This document shows, piece by piece, positions 26,277 through 38,263 of a stretch of 64,000 nucleotides of DNA. The DNA is from Entomortierella parvispora E1425 (lineage: Eukaryota; Fungi; Mortierellomycota). Position 1 is the first letter of the stretch, and every line of letters begins with the position of its first letter. The stretch is taken from contig BQFW01000015.1 of assembly GCA_020891255.1 (NCBI GenBank), positions 930,001 to 994,000 of the forward strand, in the 5' to 3' direction. A model generated the notes under the pieces. It saw nothing but the letters and a program-made list of their open reading frames with translations, was not told where the DNA came from and did no database searches. The translations under genes and the position numbers were made by a program.

Positions 26277-27497
26277 TTAAGAAGTTCCATCGTTCTGGTG
26301 ATGAGGGTACCAGTTCGATGGTCCGGCATTGGAAGACGACGATCCTGAAGCCGCATCATATTCTTGGTTGGGAGGTGCTTGATCTGCGTAGTTGCTGCTG
26401 TTGTTTTGGGCTGTTGGTGAGACTGGTCGCATCTTCTTTGATTGCTCGTCCAGGACCATGAAGGGGTTTGTATGGGTGGTCACCCAAGCTGACTTATTCT
26501 TGAGGGCCTCATCTTGGTCCACGTCGCCTTCATCAAAACGATCGGGAACATAGGCAAACGCCTGCGGGATATCCTCTTGTACGTCTTCTTCTGGATCTCT
26601 TGGAGGAAGGGGAGGCAGTGACTTTTGCATATGGTTCGCCTCCCGCACAGTCGATGTGGCTGCCAAGGCTTCGTTCCCAAGATGATTCAAAGGTATCGAA
26701 GGAACATAGATCTCGACCTGTTTCAGAACCGGAGGTAGACTGTGGGCCTTTCTTCTCAAACGGTTCTGCAAGATCACAGTTAACAAAGCCTCGATCAAGG
26801 CCAGTCCCGCCGCTGAGGTAGCGAGTGTCTCTGTGAGCTGATCCATGAAACAGAGATAGGTCAAAGGTCTGGACCAAGATTGGTCCCCCTCTGGACAATC
26901 AAAGAGGTTCCTTGGGTTCACATTTTGGAAATTAGCATCACTCAATGGGTCTGCCTCTGGAGAAGAGCGGGCGTAATCCAATGTGAAGGCTGATCGATTC
27001 GACCACGCAAAGACCATGATAGTGATACGAAGAATCGCGGCGGAGATCAAGACCACCAACAAGAAGCGCATGAAGTAGAAACACGTCCATAAGCCAGCAC
27101 GGCGTCTATCCACAATCTCCCTTCGCGTCGGAGGATAGTATGATTTTGGTGGGCCAGTAGTGTAGGGTGCAGTGAACGTGGCCGAGTCTGCGGGAGAATG
27201 TCCTTCAGGATTAGGGAGCTGTTGTGCTCCTTCCTCCTCCTCCCTGTGACTGAACCCCTTGAGATGGGTGGCTCGATAGCTTCTATAGTGGTTCCCAACT
27301 CGATAAAATAACTCTGAGAGGAACAGAATAGAACAGAGGCAGCCGACGAGCGTTGTTTGAGCGTAAAAAGGCCAGTCAAAGTACATGGTGGGCGTCGTTT
27401 GGTAGAGATAGATCAAGTACATGTCGAATCCGAACGCGACCGCGCCAGAGAGAAAGGAGAGATAGCGAAAGAACGTGTTGAATCCTGACAACCCCAT
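26277..27497 (-). CDS. Hypothetical four-TM (MARVEL-like) membrane protein with disordered tail
   Basis: Single-exon 406-aa ORF with four hydrophobic segments. Confidence 0.75.
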   Translation of the reverse strand: MGLSGFNTFFRYLSFLSGAVAFGFDMYLIYLYQTTPTMYFDWPFYAQTTLVGCLCSILFLSELFYRVGNHYRSYRATHLKGFSHREEEEGAQQLPNPEGHSPADSATFTAPYTTGPPKSYYPPTRREIVDRRRAGLWTCFYFMRFLLVVLISAAILRITIMVFAWSNRSAFTLDYARSSPEADPLSDANFQNVNPRNLFDCPEGDQSWSRPLTYLCFMDQLTETLATSAAGLALIEALLTVILQNRLRRKAHSLPPVLKQVEIYVPSIPLNHLGNEALAATSTVREANHMQKSLPPLPPRDPEEDVQEDIPQAFAYVPDRFDEGDVDQDEALKNKSAWVTTHTNPFMVLDEQSKKMRPVSPTAQNNSSNYADQAPPNQEYDAASGSSSSNAGPSNWYPHHQNDGTS

Positions 27498-28406
27498 GAT
27501 GTAGATTTCGTGTATCGGGATGTTGGTATCTTATTAAGTAGCAGGTAGGACCACTTCGAAAACGAGAGGACGAGGGAAAGAAATGAGAAGGTGGATGTGC
27601 TGATGAAAGTCAATGACTAAAGAAGAGAGAGGAGGAAGGAAGAGCCTTTGACCGACCATTATATATGCCTTCCAGTCCCCGTCGCCGCAACTTTAGGGCT
27701 CTATGGTCATTGATCTCCCCAGCCAATGGACAGCCAACTTCAGCTTGACTTCACAAATTTTTTTTATCAACATGTTGATTTTCCTTTGAACGATCCTCTC
27801 CAAAAAAAACAAAAAAAAAAAAACAAAAAAGCCTACCCCCGGTAGTGTTTCTACTCCGTTGAGGTGTCGAATGGCAAGGATGGACAAAGGAGACGGAAAG
27901 GGGAGGATTGTCTTGGCACAGAGGCAATGACGAAGAAACAGGTCTGTGGCACAAGAAGTCCACTGCGCGATGAAAGGAAAAATGAAGGAAGGCTGTAGTA
28001 CAAAAGGCCTGTGTCACCCGTTGGGCTGTCTCTTTTCGGGGAAACGAACGATCACCGACCGTCTTTTTTCTTGGCGTTTGCAAATGATCTCCAGCCCCCT
28101 CCTAGTTCTGGGGTCTGCGGGGGCCTTTGCTGGATGAATATAAATATCTCGTTTTATTGTTTTTTTGTCAATTTTTTTTTTGGGCTGCAAACAGGTCGTA
28201 AAAAATGCAAGTGAATTAGTCGGTCCAATGACACCTAGGAGTACGGATATTATTGACAGGTCCAAGTTCGACTGGTTGCATGAGAAAATTGAGTGACAAT
28301 TATGTTCTTTGGCTTCCTTTTTTTTATCCAGAAAACGTCGCGCATCCCTGATCCTGGTCATCACGAGAGCGTGGGCAAGGTCAGAAGAGTGAAGAGAGAA
28401 AGCCCC

Positions 28407-29865
28407 CTAGTCCGATAGCTCCCGCTCCAGCTTCTTGTCACAAAATTGCCACAAAATTGTCAGCAGTTCATCACCAAGTGTCCGCAAGTCGATGTGAAAT
28501 TCCCCAGCTATTTGTGATATTTTTGCGCGTCAGAATTAATGCTAGTACTATTGGACCATTATTGCAGTCAACGATATCAGCTCCTGGTCCTTACCATCGC
28601 CATCTTCTTGAACATACATATCGGCTGTTTGGTGATCTTTGACCAGCTGAACCAACTCTGCAAGATCCTCCTCCTGCAGCATCTGGAATTTCTTTGCGAG
28701 TTGATGTACATCAATCTAAAATACAAGGCGGTAGTTGGCGTCAGGAAACGTTGCAAAGCAGAGTTGTGACTTTTCCGAGGAAGAGGGGTTCAGGCTTGAT
28801 AGTCCTCAATCATTAAATACGGTTGTAATCCTACCTTGTCTCCCCATTCGTCACCAGAGGCGGCAGCGCTACTATCTAAACTGTCATCCTCCGAGCTTTC
28901 ATCCTTGACGCGCTTTGATTTCTCTTTTACGGGTGCATCTCGACGGCGCTTTGGTTTTGATGCTGCCTCCTCTGAACTGTCTACACTCGTTTCCCGATCA
29001 GATGACGGGCTAGAGCGTGACTTCAAAAGCTTCAAAAATCCTGCCTTCACGTCTGATCTAAAAGTCTGTAGATGTACAATGACGGGCACTCCCCCAAAAC
29101 TGTTAGCACCATATCCACTGGATCGAATGCTACAATAAAGAAAAACTGTTCTATCCATAATCATACCAGGGTGTGAGGCATTTCGTATTGTGTTGATTGA
29201 AAGTGAAGATCATGGTCCAACTGAACTGGCGGCACTGACTTGTCCGTAAAATAAAGCATGATCTTCATGTCGAACTCGCCCCACCCCTTCTCCTGCAACG
29301 AAAATGGATATTCTGTCACCTCTGCAAAAACCAAACAAAATTAGAGACCAACAGCGTTAATTACTTGTGCTCGCGCTGGGGATCTTGGACAATATTGGAC
29401 AATACATGCTCAAAATCTTACTTCTAAGTGGTTGCTCGAACGACTCATGAAGGATATATTCCACGTAGTCGACATAGGGCATGGACTCCTCGTCGCCATT
29501 GGAGTTTACTCCTTGGACAGAGATCTTCCATTTGCGCATTGGGAATCCATTCTGTTTCTGTCCTTTGATGATATTCTGGACGGTGACGATCTATTTGATT
29601 CAACAATGCACAGATCCGGTCGCCTGTTAGATCGAGATTGAGCGAAGGCACTAGCAGACATGCCATAACAGCTTCAGTGCGAGGATAGGCAACAACCATA
29701 CCTTGATCTCCTTGCGGATGGGCTTTGGCTACAACAGGCAGTCCCGGAGAGGGGAAAAAAGAAGGTCTAGTTAGCAAAAGCGCAAACACTCTTGAGTTCC
29801 CCCCAAGGGAAAGCGTCGTCGCCCTCACAGGGACACCAAACCTTATTTGAACTCACCTGTGGCAT
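28407..29865 (-). CDS. TAF14: YEATS + ET domain chromatin/transcription subunit Taf14
   Basis: Spliced MPQ|PKPIRKEIK|IVTVQNII..FPMRKWKISV..YVDYVEYILHESF..YPFSLQEKGWGEFDMKI..; C-terminal ET IDVHQLAKKF..LVQLV..GEFHIDL. Confidence 0.9.
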
Positions 29866-30423
29866 GGTCTTTGATGGCGATCAAAAGTTAAATAAGGACG
29901 TCGGTGATGGAGCAACAGGGTCGCTGATGTTGATGATGACGACAAGTATGTGCAAGTAGCTATGGCAAGGGAGATGCTTCAGGCAGTTGTCTCGAAGGTG
30001 AAATCACCAGAGGGGAAGGGAGACTGAAATAGCCCGTGTTCAATGGAGGCACGAGAGCAATGGTAAGGGTAAGATGGCGGAGGGATCAGCTTCGACAAGC
30101 GCGTTCTTGATCAGCCGCTGCAGCGGAGGTGTTGCTTCAGACACAAAGGGTCGAGTGGATATAGAGGATATGGTGGTAAAGCTATGCTGTGGACAGTGAT
30201 AGCTCGCCTAGAGGTCAAATAAGCAAGAGAAAGTGATGAGGTGGATAGATGGATGGATGAATGAATGGATGGAAGGATGTGTTGGAAGCCAACTCAGAAA
30301 GAAGGAAGAAAAAAATTATGTGACTGCCTGTTTGCCTGCACTTTGTGCGAGAGAACGAACACCAGCGATTTTTATTCGAATAGGTACCTCTCAAGGATAA
30401 AAGAAACGGTTCTGTCATGGCCG

Positions 30424-31216
30424 CTACGCGCCTTTGAGCTTATATTGACTCTTTTCCAGACCAAAGAGCTCTTCCTCAGGATCCAGCATTATCCAAAGGC
30501 ATGTCAAATCCACAATCTGGAGCAGCAAGGGCATCGACCACCATAGCCACTCAAATGAAAATTCGTTCGTACCAAACATAAGGGCTACCGGAACCAGGGA
30601 TGCAAATGTCCATGCGGCTAGAGTGTCTCTCCGGATCAATGTTGAATCCTTGATGAGAGTCATGCCGATCGAAAATGAGATAAGAGAGCACAGAGTCCCC
30701 GTCGTTGGAGAGGCGCTCTGCTGGAAACTATGGTCATCGGCTGACAGGCGCCTCCTGTACCAAGAATATGCTGCAAACGCGAGGTGACTGATACGGGATG
30801 TCAGTGTATGGGAAATTAGTCAAAAGGTTGGGTTCAGCGACAGCATTAGAAAACGCAACGTACGAGATCATCTCCATAGCAGAGAAGGCCCAGAGAATAG
30901 TCTATTAAAAAGGAAGAAAGTTCGTTTGAATACAGAAACTCTGGAGGTTGTATGTTGCTGCAACACTTTCTGAGCTTGCCTTGAATGCGCTGTTCGCGTT
31001 CTCGTTCGACACCCGGAGAGATTCTATCAGCTCTTCTTGCTCTGAGAGGCATTATGAGTAGGTGTAATTCATAGCACTAGGAATGCAGTCTGGCTGACTC
31101 TATGCTAAAAAAAACTTACCATCTTCAGCTAGAAACTCGGGCTCCTCGTCCTCCAAGCCTCGGAAGAAGGACTTGGTGGCGTTCGGCCTGCGCTTGAGTT
31201 TCTGCAACTGCTCCAT
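30424..31216 (-). CDS. Uncharacterised multi-TM protein ending ...LEKSQYKLKGA
   Basis: Four exons reconstructed in frame (MEQLQKLKRRP..EFLAEDEQEELIESLR..), using a GC-AG intron at 30979-30902. Confidence 0.75.
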
Positions 31217-31666
31217 GAAGGAAGGCGGTTGGCAATGGGTAGAGATGGAGACTAAGAGATGAAGCAACACACTCGAGAAAGCAAAGAAGAAGCAATACAA
31301 AAGGAGCTGCGGAAGTTGAGGCGAGAAGGAAGGGAGGGAGGGATGAAGGAAAGGGTGAGACGGACGAAGGAATGTGCCCATGACACGCACGCATTCACGC
31401 CTTGAGCCTAAAAAAAGACGATCGTCCTTCAGGTCCGCGCGCGCTCATGTTCTGTCCCTTTCCTTTTCTTTTCATTCTTTCACTCCATCCATCAACTCAG
31501 TCTGCCAGTCATTTCTCCATTCATCGTGCCCTGCTCCTTTCAGTTTGCTACTCTCACCTCGAACCATCCATAAAAGTGTTCACACTGTGTTTCGTCCATC
31601 CATTCACCCGCCTTTGCCCTGCGCCTCCTTCGCCATAGCCTCTGACCCTTCCAATCTCCCGCCTTC

Positions 31667-33216
31667 ATGCCGCCACAGCCGGGACAAGGGAAAACGCCGG
31701 CAACTGCAGCATCCTCCTCCACACCCACCCAACCAGCACCTCACAACCAAGTCGCCAAGGTCATCTGGGATGGATCCATACCCATCCAATTCTCGTGGGA
31801 CAAGGCCGAGGCCGCCGCCGTAGGCTCTAACGCCGTCGAGTCTTTTTTTGTAAGAAACGAGCCATGGACCAGAAGAGCTTTCTGGGGAATGGAAATGAGA
31901 GTCAGCAGTCTTGCTCTGCTAGACTGTTTGAGCTACCTTCAGGCTCCAGACATGCAGACAAGTGAACTGACACCCGTCTTGTCCCTCCTTCTCCTGGTTT
32001 TCTAGTTTGAAGCTCAAAGATGCTCTTACTTTCCATTGTTGACCAGTCATGTGAGGAAGCACTTCGTCGACATGGCGCTGCACTTTATTGGGGACGATGC
32101 CGAGGTCTGGTATGAATATGAAGGGACGCCGCTCAAGTGGTAAGTGGATTCATTTCAACCTTCTTTGGAAATGAAGGATTGGCCCTTCACTGGAAAACCG
32201 TTGTACCGAATGGGAATCCTTCGAGTGCCAAGCTTTTGGGGCACTTTTATACATTCTCACTTATTGTCGCTGTATGTAGGCACTATCCCATTGGACTTTT
32301 ATATGATATCCATGGCCTGCAAGCATCGTCCGGGCAAGGCATGAATGGTTCGCTACTGCCTTGGAAAGTCACAGTGCACTTTCAAAACTTCCCGGGAGAT
32401 AAACTGATCAAGAGCCAGGCCGTGGATAGCTGCCAAGATTACTTTATGTCGATGATCAAGGAGGCAAGTGGAGAGGACCATCTCAATGCTTTGTAGAGGC
32501 GCGGTGCGATTGGGCTGTAGGGCGGGCGGTGCTGTGCCCAATGTTGCGATCAATGGCAACAGCAAGAATGTTGTGCTCGCGGCAATTTTATTGAACGTTC
32601 ATTTTGCTTTTTTATGATACTTAGGCTGACTATTTACGAAATGGATCGACAAAGAAAGTGATGAACATGTCAAAGTCGGACCAGACTCAATTGTGGGATG
32701 GATTGTGGTCCAGTAAGTCTTTTTGGACAGAATATTTTGTATGGACAACATCTAGTAACGAAGGCTGTACTGAGCGTAACCCTTCTCTTGAAACTGTATA
32801 GACAACTACGATCGCTTCTGGGGTATGAACCACAAGCTTGTGATGAACGATGGTGTGATAGCAAGGAACCTCCCTATTAGGATATATCTTCCAGAGAATT
32901 GTCCTGTTATTCAGGAACCTGTGTCACCTGTGGACGATAAAGGTAAGAACCTGCCTCAGTGAAGGAATATTTCCGTATTGACATAGACTCTAAGATGCAT
33001 TCAACTTCACCAACAGAACAACCAAAGACCCTTCGGCAGGTGCTGAATTCGTCCTTGCCAGACCTCTTTCCACTGGTGGAAACAGGTCCTCCTGTTGCAG
33101 CAGCGATGATCCACGGCATTATACCCAGCTTAGACACGAGTGCCATCTGGGCTTCACAGAACATGTCCTATCCTGACAACTTTTTGCATGTTGTTGTAAT
33201 TATCATCAATAAGTGA
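31667..33216 (+). CDS. ATG5: Autophagy protein Atg5
   Basis: [88 protein letters not shown]. Confidence 0.95.
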
Positions 33217-33359
33217 AGCGACCTGTGGGATTTTACACAGTCTTTTTCTCTGGAATAAAAAATTAAACCTTACTTGCACGTGACCTGATTTTTCATTTTT
33301 GCCACGGCATTCACGAGATCTAGCACAACCTTTACTTTCAATCAACCCAACTTCTCAGC

Positions 33360-34295
33360 ATGTCCAAGGCAACGGTTGAACGCAAAGTAATTGGAATCCT
33401 CTACGACTTTCAAAAAGCTAGAAAAGTTTGGGGTGATCTCGTGTCGGATGGATTGACCCAGGCTAATGCCTTGGTAAATGTACAACTTCAGCAGGGGTAA
33501 TTAAAAAAAAAAAGAACATGCAAGGAGAAAAGGAGAAAAAAAAAAGGGAAAAATTGACAAAAGACGGTCCCTCTCCAACTAGATATGTCGATAGTGCGGC
33601 ATACTGGCCTCCAGCGCTCTCACAGTTCACGGATCTGAAGGATCGATTCGAAAGTAAACTCCAGAAGAAGGCGGACGCGTTGGCAATGGATTTTGAAACG
33701 ACGTTCACAAAGATGGTAAAGACAATGGCGTATTTTCGACGTGCTGAGAAATCACTTTCCTTTACTTTTTTTTTTTTTTGTTCAATCATTTCTAACGTAG
33801 ACTCTTAATCACTCATAATAGAGTGCACAATACGCAAAGATGAAACTTCAGACAAGCCAATTCGAATATTTGATAGAGGAGGCAACAGAGTCCTTTGGAG
33901 AGGCGTTCGTATTCAAGGAGCCATTGGGAGCCACTTGTACACTGGAGCAGATCTGGATTCAACTAGAATCCATTTTTGGACTTTACACCCAACAAATCAC
34001 CCTGAACCGCGAGATCTTGGATGAGTTGATTGCTAGAAATCAACACAGTCAGCCTCAATTTGTTACATCCTCAACAGCCTCAACCTCATCTCCACCATCA
34101 ATACACAAAGCCCAGGGAGCCAAAACTGCACTATCAGATCCAAGCGCCATTGGCATGGTTGTTCCTCCAGCACGGAGGGACAAGGATCAGGGTATGATCT
34201 TGCTGTCAGCATGGCTGAATCAACCTCATCTAAAGACGGACGCTCTCTTGACCTTTGATGAGTTTTGTCAAGTAGAACTCTTCGGGAACGAATAA
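33360..34295 (+). CDS. C1orf109/AIRIM-like helical protein
   Basis: Three exons; WPPALSQFTDLKDRFESKL resembles the recalled PALRAFPDLKERL segment of C1orf109. Identity not verified. Confidence 0.5.
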
Positions 34296-34603
34296 AAGAA
34301 AATAAATGAAAATGGAACGTACGTCATGACTATCGCTGGCGGCATCCCCGGGGTTCTGGGGATCAGTTTGGACTCCGTTTGGAGTCGCCTATATTTCGAC
34401 TCTGAATCTCAAAGGCCGCACAATAATCTGAAGTGTGAGCACCATGTATCCCGCAAGATTGTTCTTTTGGTATATAAAAGATCGCTCGTTGGCACATTTA
34501 TTTTCTCTCCGACTTTCCTCTCTTCCTCCTCAAGTACGCACCGCATCACCCAGGCGCCAGAATTGGACACCTGCTCGCCATATACACGACATCTCCTACC
34601 ATA

Positions 34604-35290
34604 ATGATCCCAACCACAGCCTTCAAAGATACAAAGATGGTTCATCCTCCCTCTTATTTTACCATACGGTTGACTGGGGCGCTTTCCCTGATAGTGTTAG
34701 TCTTGGACCTGCTTCACATTCAATACCTCGAAGCCCAACGACGATATGACGATGAGGTGCTCAAGATTTCATCCGCAACCCGTGCATGGCAATATGGCCT
34801 CTGGATGTGCCCTGGTCTTGTCACCCTTGCGATATATCTCGTTCGTCCTGTCGCTCTCCGTTTGCGTCGCTTCTCAAAGATGAAGCAGGAACCAACCTTG
34901 TCTTGCCCCGCAATCCTGATCCTGGCCATTGCTCTGCTGTACTTTCCAGTTCAAGAGCTCGTCGTGTCCCTCTTCTTTGCGAGTGTGATTCACGGTTTGG
35001 CATCCTTTGGTAGCAGCGATAGTGATGGCAGCACTGGTAGTTTGGCGCTCACGTTTAGAAGGGTGCATTTCTGTGGATCTAGAGAAGTGTTTGAGGTGAC
35101 GCTGCCTCAGCGCCACCAAAACCGTGTCCTGGAACTGTCTGAGTCTGGATCATACGGACTTAGGGACGACACGTACTCGCAATGTCAGATCATCAGAGCG
35201 CGCTCTTGCATCATGATTCCGTTGGGGCCGTTGGTTATGTATCAGTTTATCTCTGCTAATAGGACACCTGCTACCGACATCCATTCGTAA
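34604..35290 (+). CDS. Hypothetical MARVEL-like membrane protein
   Basis: 228-aa ORF with 3-4 TM segments; alternative start MVHPP. Confidence 0.6.
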   Translation: MIPTTAFKDTKMVHPPSYFTIRLTGALSLIVLVLDLLHIQYLEAQRRYDDEVLKISSATRAWQYGLWMCPGLVTLAIYLVRPVALRLRRFSKMKQEPTLSCPAILILAIALLYFPVQELVVSLFFASVIHGLASFGSSDSDGSTGSLALTFRRVHFCGSREVFEVTLPQRHQNRVLELSESGSYGLRDDTYSQCQIIRARSCIMIPLGPLVMYQFISANRTPATDIHS

Positions 35291-35399
35291 GTGGATCCCA
35301 CAGAACCAGAATAAATATATACACATCTCGTTGTTTTGTATTTCACACAAGTTTCTAATTGCTGAGTCTTTCCTCCAAGAATGGATATGGCTTCGCTTG

Positions 35400-37701
35400 T
35401 TACAAGACCAGCTCCAGATCATCGTCTTCATCGTCTGCTACAGAGAGTAGTTGCCCATCCATATCATCGTCGTAATCCGGTGCCTTTTCTCCAATTGTAA
35501 AGATGCTGGACCCCATTCCCGGTTTGGCATTCATCTCCTGAACTCGCTGGCAGAACGCTTCGAAATCTGTGCGATCACGGCAATAAAAGGCCAGGAGCAT
35601 AGATGGATCGATTGCATTGATATCGATTTTGCGGATTGTTTCGCAATGGTATGATGCCAAGTCCTAAATAAAGAGGCGGTGTTTGTTAACAAAAACTTCT
35701 AGCTAGCCGCTTTTCCTCACTTCGTCCTAATGCCATGCTCCTCATCCCCTCAAACTGGATAGCACGATTACCTCGACAGTATAGTCTTCCAAGTTTTTAG
35801 TCTCCACAATGCACCTCGAGTGATGTGGGTCCAGATAAAACAACTCATCTCCTTGATATCCCACAAAGTAATAAGAAGATGATGGACGACCACTATACAA
35901 AAAAAAGAGGGGACAACCATTAGATTCTTTTTCGTTATCTACAAGCAACAACGTCGAAATAGCACCTACCCTGCAATTCCCAGAGTTTGGGGAAACTCGA
36001 GAGTCTTCTTGATAGCGTCGTTGTAGATTGGGTTCAACTTGTCGATACCCAGGCGAATAGTCACCAAAATCAAGAGGTTCCCAAATCCTCCTGCCTTTTT
36101 CAGGGTTGCAGCTTCCTCCACTTGATCCTTGTAGATAACTCCATCCGTTGTGACATAGACACCGAGGCCTGACTCTGGAAAGTTGTGGACCAGCGCCCTG
36201 TGATAACAACAATGGCAGTGTTAGCCATTCGTCTTTGACAGAGTCTCTTTTTTTTCTCCTGTTTCAAGATTGAATGGAGAAAAATCTTACTTTGTAACTT
36301 GACTTGTCGTTGAGGGACCAAACCACTCGCCGATATTCTTGCCCAATTGCTTTCCAAGAAGGGCAATTCGATGGACCGAGAAAGGTGATTTCGAATTCAT
36401 GTCATCCAAAAACCACGAAAGGATCTATTTTAAATCAAGGACATGTCAGTACAAATGAAAAGGGGTCCATAGTCAAACTTAAGAATGCTTACTCGAACGT
36501 AAATATCCCACGTGGGATCTCCAGGTGAGGGTCGATTCCAGTCTAAAAGGCACGTACGTCAGATTAGTCTTCATATTACCAAAATCACATACGTTTCCGT
36601 TTTTTCCATGCACCCAGCAATCAAGCTGAAGTACTCACTTCGACCCATAAACTGGATTGCAAGCGCGTTTGCCAAGAGTCCTTGTCCAGATCGAAGCATA
36701 CACCCCCAGCCTACATCACTCGTAAAATTGCTGGGCCTGATTGGAGCATAGCCATGTCGATAAGTGCACCAGATCATGCCAAGAGTAAAGTCCCGTTGGA
36801 AATCGGTCCACTGCGTACTAGACGGAGGATAGAGTCTGCCCATCAGGTAAATAGGGGCACTGGTGACATTTGGAGGCGGGGCTACACAGGTTGAGGATCT
36901 TTTAGCAATCGGATCGTTTGCCTCGTGTACGATTGTGGTCGACTTGTCTACTGGCTGCGGCAATGAAGAAACAGATTCATGTCCGGGAGATGCCAGTGGA
37001 CTTCTGGTCGCCTTTCTGTCAGGAATGTCCAGAGAGTAGCCGCGAGGAGAGGATGGCGATGACAGGCTGTTCCCAAGTGCTGAAGCACCATCGCCCCCAG
37101 CCTTGGATCCCAGTGTATACGAGTTCATGCGCTGAGTCTTGGCAGGTCGCTGTTGATGCTGCGATAGAGACTGTGTTCCAGACATAGGCGCTTTCAATGC
37201 CGATTCCGCCTTGCTGCCACCATCAGTACTCGATGATGCTGACGACGCCGAGGAACTAGGAGGAGCGGTGAACCAGGTATTCCACATGTTCACCACATTC
37301 TTCTTAAGATCCTGGGCCATATCTGCAGCCCGCTCACCATTTGCCTGCGTAAGTCCCAGGTTGCTGGCCATAGCTGGGAGGCCCACGCCCGAGATGTTGA
37401 CGCTAAAGCGCGAACTGGCTTTGGAGGCAGGTGGAGGGGGGGAGGCTCTTGGGGTCACCGAAGGCTCCAAGGTTTCCTGGGCAGACAGGGTGGACTGAGA
37501 GGCAAAGTCTTCAGGCTTGGCTGTCGCGGCCCCCTCTTTGCCTGGAGAGAGAGGCGGAGTTGAGCTGACTGTGGTGTCGATACCAGAGACTGCGGGCTCG
37601 ACAAAAACAGAGTTTGTCTTGTCGGCGTGAGGGCCAGAGGTGGGGGCAGCAATGTCCATGAGAGAGCTGTTGTTGGAGCAGGTGTCCTGGTAAATGTCCA
37701 T
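35400..37701 (-). CDS. ATG4: Cysteine protease Atg4 (C54) with long disordered N-terminus
   Basis: [22 protein letters not shown] (catalytic Cys), [25 protein letters not shown] (Asp/His), [11 protein letters not shown]. Confidence 0.95.
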
Positions 37702-38263
37702 GGGTAGTCAATGAATGAATGTCCTTGGTAGGGTCCTTGTCTGTCAGGTTGTTGCTGTGTCTGTCAGTCCTGCAGCCTTGCGCTTGCGCGTGTGACTCGT
37801 GGAGGAAGGAGAGAAGACGACAGGAAGGAGGACGAGAAGGAGGACGAGAAGGAGGGAAGGATATAAAAGCTGAAGGGAGTCCAACGGGGAGTGATGTACT
37901 GTGGGTCTTGTGTGGTCGCTGCTGCGTCGAACAAGAGAGAAGAATGGAATGAGCGCATGCATGCATCGCTCTCGCTCTCTCTCCCTGGAACACATTGTGC
38001 CCGCCTGCTCACAGGGCTAGGCGAGGTGCCCTCTATATTTGACCGCAATCTCCATCTCCCTCTATTCCTGCACACGGGTGTGCCACGCGCGCGCCTCCGC
38101 CCCCTCTCACCTCTGATTTTAATCCTCTGCTTTCTTTTAATCAATCTCATCCCATCCCCATCCCTCCACAACCACACCAAGAGCCAACCCATCGTCATCG
38201 CATCCCAAAAGTCATCGTTCAACCAAGCCTCAAGCCTTCACAATCAAGTTGCTTCATATTCGG

